Part shown: piece by piece, positions 56,476 through 64,000 of the stretch
How positions within the stretch are numbered: position 1 is the stretch's first letter
Layout: each line of letters begins with the position of its first letter
Origin: Eledone cirrhosa
Taxonomy: Eukaryota
Assembly (NCBI GenBank): GCA_964016885.1
Contig: OZ024752.1
Coordinates: 48,050,001-48,114,000, forward strand
DNA length: 64,000 nucleotides
Reading direction: 5' to 3'
Position numbers and translations under genes: made by a program
Notes under the pieces: generated by a model
What the model was told of the DNA's origin: nothing
Databases searched by the model: none
Seen by the model: the letters and a program-made list of their open reading frames with translations, nothing else

Positions 56476-59379
56476 TGGTGGTGGTGAGTATTCATATTTC
56501 TGAAACAATCTTCAATCTAGAATTTTCCGGCATATCCTTTTACTCTTTTACTGACTTCTGTCGGCGGACTGTCACCATGTTGGGGTACCACCTTGAAAAG
56601 TATGTCAATGAAGTTGGTAGGGGGTTTTCCAGGTTAATCTCTCTTTGTGTTGGCTGCTATAGCATGAGATTTATTCAGGATATCTGACACACAGTGGCTT
56701 GCCACTCACAACCTTCTTTTAGCTATCCCTTGAGTTAATTTGATGAACCATCATAAAGTTTTATATTGACAGTTATATGAAAACATATATGAAAGCTAGG
56801 CCAAGGAAAATAGAAGACCTGCAAATGAGTTGTGATTCATTGGATGTGTAATACAAATAGGCTTGACTAACTGAATTCTTTTTTAATGAGGTGAAATAAA
56901 AAAAATATTCCTATTGTGTCTGTGATTTATTTACATTGAAGGTTTTTAAAGTGTCTTCTGAATAGAATGGAAATTAGATGTCACATGATTAATTTGTGAG
57001 ATGTTTGTAATGGTGGAAAGTTCTTATCTACTATATTTAAATCTACACAGATATAGAAGAAAGAGTGAAAGGCAAAGGAAGAAGCATTGAAACAAAAGGG
57101 AAGTATGGAGTAAAATGGAAAATGTGAAATGAAATAGAAGTGTTAGATAAAATGAGAAAAGGAAGATACTTAAGGAAGAGGAGAAAGAAGGGAAGAAAGA
57201 ATGAGGAAACACAAAGTTAAAAGGAAGATGGCATGGTTTCGGATCAGATGGAGACAGAGTAAAAATTAAAAAGTAAACAAGAAAAAACAAAAATATATTA
57301 AAAATAAATCAAAAGAAATGAAACGGAAGAGTAAGTGCAAGAAGGTTTGGGGGAAAGATGGAGATGGAAGGGGAGGTTGTGTTTGGTAGGAAAATGCAGT
57401 GGAAATGATGTAGAATATTCAATATTGAGAAATCAGGCAATTGTTGCTTTTAAAGCTTAAGTCTTGAAATCATTATTTGTGTTGAATACTGTATTGTGTT
57501 GCTATCCACCGATACCTTCCGACAGAGACAATCAACTTCCTCTTTTGCTCACAAAAATCAGATCAACTATTCTTTTCCTCGTTTTCATTGTTGTCGCTAC
57601 TGTCGCTGCTGCTGCTGCTGTTGTTTTTGTTAGTGTTGTCATTTCTGTTATTGTTGTCATTGTCAATGTTGTTATCGTCGTTGTTGTTGTTGTTGTGGCT
57701 GATGATGATGTGGTTTTACTTTTCATTTTTCTTCGTAGAGGAAAAATCTATTTCAAATAAAGAAACATATTTCCTGCTTTTCTGACAAAGCAAAGTGGAA
57801 TGTTTATATTATAGGAACACACTCAGAAAGCATATAACAGTTGTAGATCACTTCTAGCTTTGTAGGCTTTTCTTAGTCTTTTTCATTATTATTATTATCA
57901 TTATCATTCCAGTGTTGTTGTCATTATTATTGTGGCTGTTGTTGTAGAAAACATTGTTATTTTTGCTGTTATCATTCTTTCTTCTTTTCACTTTATTAAA
58001 CTTTTCTTTTTCCTATTTTTTTTTTTTTATTTTTATTATTTTATTTTCTGCTTTTGACATATCAATTCCATTTTTCTCTGCAGCTAAAAGCTTTATTTTT
58101 ACTTTCATAACCAATAGAGCAGTAATAAATAACAATGCTGCTGCTACTGATGATGATGATAATCATCACCATCATCATTATTATCATAACAACAATCATA
58201 ACGATGGCCAATAAGAACAGAAGTAAAGACAATGGAGTGAATATAATGATTATGATGATGATGATGATGACGACAACAACAACAACAACTATGATGATAA
58301 TGATGATAATACTGGTAGAAGACAGAAATACCAATATTTGCTTCCTTCAAGTTATATAATCTATTTGTCTCATTCTAATTTAAATAATGAATAATTTCTT
58401 CCCTGACACTGTCCCTACATTGACAACAAATAATGATATTTAAATAGCTGTGTGAATGTACATGTGTGTCTGCATGAGAGTATATATGTGTGTTTATATG
58501 TGTGTTTATATGTGTGTTTATATGTGTGTTTGTGTGTGTGTTTATATGTGTGTTTGTGTACATGCTTAGCAAACATTGTCTAATCAGGGAATCCAATTCA
58601 ATCCAAACCAATAAAAACAATCTGTCTGGAGAGACTCTCTCAGGCAAACCTTTTTGAATAGTTTGACCGTTTATAATCGTTACCCACATTTCAAACTTTA
58701 ACTAAACCAACTCTTAATTACAACTAACTCATATCTAATATCACTGATATAATAAAGAAGAAATATATCTTTTAAAAATACTTATCACTCAAATGTATTG
58801 AACAAATTATTGATATTATAAAAATTTGATGGCTGTGCAGTGATTAAGTTCAATTTACAAACATTGTAGGTTTTTTAAAATTCAGTTCCAATGTATGGTA
58901 CCTTGAGGCGCATGTCTTTTATGATAGCATTGGGTTATCAATGTCTTCATCATCATCATCATAGTCCTACTCACTGTTTTATGTCCATTTTCCAAGCTGG
59001 CATGGATTGAACAGGTTGTTACATTCTGAGACTGGGTAGGTCAGATGACTAAGTCTTGTTCATACATTCCATTTTGGCATAGTTTCAATGGTTAGAAGAC
59101 CTTAATGCCAACTACTTTACAGAGTGGAATCCATCCCTCTTCAGGTTGTCTGATCACAGCTAATTTCTCCCAGAGAGGAGGAGAGAAATAGGAGAATCAA
59201 TCAGTGTATAGGAGTGGTACTTTATTTATCAACCCCAAAAGAATGACAGACAAAGTTGACACTGGTGTGATTTGAACTCGGTGTCTAGACAGCTGGAAAG
59301 AAAATTTTAAAGCATTTTAGCCTACATTCTAACTGCTCTGGCAATTGGCAATTCTTTGCCATACATAAGTCTATATTAT

Positions 59380-59760
59380 TGATCGGTATAGGGTCGGACT
59401 TGCTTTCCAGCATAGAGTTACGTCCCTTTATGATCTGAGTTCAAATCCCGCCGAGGTTAACTTTGCCTTTCATCTGTATCTCTCTCTAAGGCGGGTAAAA
59501 TTGCCGAGATCCATGGACGAGTTCTCTCCAGTGGTCTCTGTCCCTCATTATCGCTGCCATGTCCTGCGTCTCCAACAGAGCAGTGTCTGTCCTTAGGGCA
59601 TCAACATACGTTAACCTTGGTCTTCCTCTTCTAGTGTGTCTATGTAGGGGCTCCCACAGGAGCACTGACATTACACTCATCCGTATTGGGGTCGATAAAA
59701 TAAAGTACCAGTAATGTACTGGGTATTTGCTGGCCTTGTGCCAAAAGTAGAAACAATTAT
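59380..59760 (+). mobile_element. SINE family 1 split by an RTE LINE fragment
   Basis: 5' half 59380-59479 and 3' half 59677-59760 join into the family consensus. Confidence 0.8.
59480..59676 (-). mobile_element. Same RTE-like family fragment inserted into a SINE
   Basis: ORF WEPLHRHTRRGRPRLTYVDALRTD...MRDRDHWR; TSD tcatctgtat/tcatccgtat at 59470-59479 and 59677-59686. Confidence 0.85.
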
Positions 59761-60180
59761 TGTAAATGATAGCATAACATCAATAAAAATTAAAAAAATA
59801 GAGCCAAGTTAATGGTTTAACCCTAAATGCCAGATGTGTACTAACTAGTTTGATTAATGCCGATATCTTAATTTGACTAGTAACAATGGTGATGCTATTT
59901 TGTAGTAAAACACATACAAAACAATAGATAAAAAGATGAGGACAGCCACAAAATACCAACATTGAAAATGTAAGAGTAGTCAACAGATGGCAATAATTTT
60001 TCATTTAGATATTGCAAACATAAATTCAATTATATATCAAGTTATATGGTTGGTTCTCAGAAGCCTACATGGCTTCATAATAAAAATCAACATGTATATA
60101 TGTGTGTGTGTGTGTATACATACACATATATATATATACACACATATATATATATACATATGTACACATACATACATGTA

Positions 60181-60218
<38 letters not shown>

Positions 60219-61017
60219 CATGATATATATATGTATACATATATAAATGTGTATAGATATATAGATATATATATATATATATACATATGTATATGTGGAT
60301 ATATATATATACACATATATACATATGTATATAAACATATATGTGTGTGTAGATATATACATATATACATATGTATATATATATATATACATATATGTGT
60401 AGATATATACATATGTATATATGTATATATATATATATTTACACACACACACACACACGTGTGTGTGTGTATGCTGTACACACACACACATACATATATA
60501 TATATGCAACAACATATTTTGTAAGTGGCATAGGAGAAATGGACAATACAGAAGAAAGATAGACATATGACATTTGAGGAGAAATTTTGGAATATCTACC
60601 ACTAATAAAAGGTAATTTGGGACAACAAAAATCTCAGATATACACACAGAGAATAAACAAACAAAATCCATTCCATGTAATACAGAAAGAAGAAGCTGAA
60701 GTCTTTAAACCATCAACTGAAGGGGGACTTTACATAATTTTGTTGTATTTTTTTTTTAGCCTATCTTTCAAAAAGATGGATGCTGGATAATATAGTCAGA
60801 TGCTGTGTAATTTCTTTCTTTCTTATTTCCATCTTTTCCCCCCTTTTTACTACATTATTATTTACATTAGTTCATTTAATGTTAAGGTAGTGTTGTTGCT
60901 GTTGGTAGTTATGAAATCTATCTGAATGTCAGACACTTAGAAACATCACTTGACTTACAACAAACACAAGACAGAGTAGAAAAGACAAAAAAAAACACAA
61001 CTAAAAAATGAGGAAGT

Positions 61018-61056
61018 AGAGAGAGAGAGAAAGAGAGGAAGAGAGAGGGAGAGAGA

Positions 61057-61095
<39 letters not shown>

Positions 61096-61249
61096 AGAGA
61101 GAGAGAGAGAGAGAGTGAAAGAAAGTGAAAGAAAGTGAAAGAGAGTGAAAGAGAAAGTGAAAGAAAGTGAAAGAGAGTGAAAGAGAAAGTGAAAGAGAGT
61201 GAAAGAGAGAGAGTGAAAGAGAGAGAGAGAAAGAGAGAGAGAGAGTGAA

Positions 61250-61345
<96 letters not shown>

Positions 61346-61470
61346 GGAGAGAGAGAAAGAGAGGGAGAGAGAAAGAGAGGGGGACAGAGAGAAAGAGAGG
61401 GAGAGAGATAAAGAGAGGGAGAGAGATAAAGAGAGGGAGAGAGATAAAGAGAGGGAGAGAGACAGAGAGG
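61018..61470. repeat. (GA)n / gtgaaaga compound purine tract
   Basis: Direct reading of the sequence. Confidence 0.93.
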
Positions 61471-61545
61471 GAGCACCTAATGCATATACAAATTTGTCTT
61501 TGTATGACTGTGATTCTATACTGTGTGTATATATATATATATACA

Positions 61546-61589
<44 letters not shown>

Positions 61590-61827
61590 CATGTGTGTGT
61601 ATATATATATATATAAATGTATGTATATATATGTATATATATATATATAAAACCCATACAAGCATGGAAAAGCGGACGTGATGATAATGTTGATGTGTGT
61701 GTGTATTATTGAAGCTATTGGAATAGTGATCTAATATATATAGATAGTTAGTTGATTGACCGGTACACAACAGATACATGGTTCAATTTCCAGAGGTGGT
61801 TATGTTTTATTTCATGTTCGTACATGC

Positions 61828-62028
61828 AATCAATCAATCATTTTACGTCCACTTTTCCCTGCTTGCAAGGGTGGGGACGGGAACTGATTCTGGCTTCATT
61901 TCTACAGCTGGATGCCCTTCCTAACACCAACCTCATTTACAGTGAGTGCTGGGTGCTTTTTTGCCGTGGCACCTCCACGACCACTTTACAGTGGAATGAT
62001 AGAAACCCCAGTCCCTATCATCTCATTT
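61828..62028 (-). mobile_element. SINE family 2, 3' half
   Basis: Matches 6075-6265; another 3' fragment lies at ~45170-45285. Confidence 0.8.
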
Positions 62029-62057
62029 AAATATATTTAAATATATTCAGATAAATA

Positions 62058-62416
62058 TCATCATCATCATCATCATCGTTTAACGTCCATGTTCCACGCT
62101 TGCATGGGTTTGGACGGGAGTTTTCCCACTTGAGGCAAGAGTGGTTGTCTTGCTCGCATAGGACTGTCTGGCGGGTTTTCTACAGCTGGATGCCCTTCCT
62201 AACACCAACCACATTTACAGTGTGGGGCTGGGAGGTTTTTACCGTGTTGCCTACACGGCCACATTACAGCGTGGACTGTCTGGCGGGTTTTCTACAGCTG
62301 GATGCCCTTCCTAACACCAACCACATTTATAGTGTGGGACTGGGAGGTTTTTACTGTGTTACCTACACGGCCACATTACAGCGTGGACTGTGTGTTTTTT
62401 TTTGTCTGACACCTAC
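62058..62416 (-). mobile_element. RTE LINE 3' UTR fragment with 112-bp internal duplication
   Basis: Matches 50588-50835; ggactgt recurs at 62161, 62273 and 62385. Confidence 0.78.
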
Positions 62417-62682
62417 ATATAAATATATTTAAGTTTATCCAGTGTGTACATATTTATATAGATAGACATACATACATACATACATAACGAAAACATATTC
62501 CTTCTTTGATATTGAGGCTCTCATATGGTTATTGTATATAAACATATGGTATCATCATTGTTTCACATCCCTTTTCCATGAAAAGTTTGAGGGGTTGTCA
62601 CATTATGAGACTAGTCAGGTCCAGAGACCACATCTGTAATTTGGCTTGAGGCCCTTTGATACGATTATACGTATATATATAT

Positions 62683-62971
62683 ATATAAGAACAAAAGATC
62701 GTTAAAAGAGTTCCATGTATTTTATTATGCGCATTTCAAAAACAAATATCATCATGCAATAATATTTGTGTTTTCATCAGATAAGACAGGAAGACCAATA
62801 TTATTGCATGATGATATTTGTTTTTGAAATGCGCATAATAAAATACATGGAACTCTTTTAACCATCTTTTGTTCTTATATATTATTTATACTCCAGTCCT
62901 ACAAACTGTAGAGTGCTTCTTATCCGATATCTGCATTGCTTTATTGTACTACAATAAAACTCACCTCTTAC

Positions 62972-62973
<2 letters not shown>
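62683..62973 (+). mobile_element. Second copy of the same Penelope-like terminal element, with a shorter inverted duplication
   Basis: Arms and tail (tatactccagtcctacaaactgtagagtgcttc...aataaaactcacctc) nearly identical to the 47.2-47.7 kb copy; arms ~83 bp, loop ~30 nt; sits between (TA)n tracts. Confidence 0.65.
62718..62785 (-). ncRNA. Type I hammerhead ribozyme motif
   Basis: Minus strand: cttat-CTGATGA-aaacacaaatattattgcatgatgatatttgttttt-GAAA-tgcgca-TA-ataaaata. Confidence 0.65.
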
Positions 62974-63007
<34 letters not shown>

Positions 63008-63066
63008 TCGTTCTTGTGATATAGGTCGGTAGAGTTTATACTATTGAACTAATTCCTCTTTATAAC

Positions 63067-63111
63067 GCTCTGATGAATCCAGCTATTATGCAGGGAGGAA
63101 ACACTCTCAGC
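63067..63111 (+). ncRNA. Degenerate hammerhead motif
   Basis: gct-CTGATGA-atcc...ggag-GAAA-cactc-TC-agc then aaataaa; stem III mismatched; in a ~250-bp island between (TA)n tracts. Confidence 0.4.
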
Positions 63112-63252
63112 AAATAAAGATTAATTGATGATGTAAGCGCTCTTTGTTTTTGTTCCATATAACGGCTCTGCTTTCAAGCATTGAGCTAATTAAATACTGT
63201 CATATATTCGACAGGGCACCTGTATCTTATACACACGTTCTGTTGTCTAAAC

Positions 63253-63331
<79 letters not shown>

Positions 63332-63954
63332 GATAACAAGTTATCATTATAGGTAATCCAGTTAGAGGTTGTGAGTGCTCTGCGTCGTGGATAGTTTTAA
63401 GATGCTTCCATAGTTATGCGACGACTTCGCGGTAATTTTTATGCAGGTTATACTTGGAGTAATAATAGTTAAATAATAGTTAATCTTCATTCTTTAACTA
63501 TATATATATATATTTTAGTAAGTAAGTTAATTTTTAATTTTTAAAATTTTCTTATTTTACGTCTTTCATATAATTGTTCTGCATCCCCCTGCATTGAACC
63601 ACCTAGGTACTATGACATAACTTGTGTATTTGCTAGCATTAGTGTACATCTGTACGCATATGTTGGTAAATATACTAATTCTCTCTCTATATATATATTT
63701 ATATGTATATAACAAAGAGAGTGTGGTAAGATACCGTAATACACAAGAGTACTCAATACTTAGAGTAGTAGAGTGGGTAATAGGAAAAGAATCAGGACCC
63801 CCGACAGCCGGAGTTCAGCCACCGGGGTCCTGGTTGTTTCTATCGTTCCTTGAACTGATTGGCAGTAAAACATATGTAATATGTAAATAAATATGCAAAT
63901 GATGCAATACTAATTATTTGTTCCCTTTTAATATTTATATATATATATATATAT

Positions 63955-64000
63955 GCACATGGCTTAGTGGTTAGAGCATTGGCCTTGCAATCGAAAGGTT
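63955..64000 (+). mobile_element. SINE family 2 head (cut by window edge)
   Basis: gcacatggcttagtggttagagcattggccttgcaatcgaaaggtt. Confidence 0.8.

Noticed and set aside
59810-59896. SITIVTSQ... resembling the start of an N-terminal FUZ exon
   Set aside because: Similarity is limited to a few residues, with a weak acceptor and no matching exon end.

Overview
AT-rich, repeat-dense eukaryotic DNA, most likely an octopod cephalopod (inferred from repeat style). Almost all ORFs in the track are microsatellite artefacts. One host coding exon is well supported: a phase 0-0, 231-nt minus-strand exon (8529-8759) of fuzzy (FUZ, CPLANE/planar-cell-polarity longin protein), so much of the window is probably FUZ intron or flank. 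The rest contains tRNA-derived SINEs, 5'-truncated RTE-clade LINE ends, two TTAA-flanked piggyBac-type MITE families that nest repeatedly, and a 72-bp x ~21 tandem array grown inside one MITE. It also contains about eight type I hammerhead-ribozyme motifs (CTGANGA...GAAA) of several sequence types, typical of Penelope-like retroelement termini. One pair lies in a near-perfect 335-bp palindrome. No prokaryotic-type system (CRISPR, operon) is present. All coordinates were read by eye and no searches were run.
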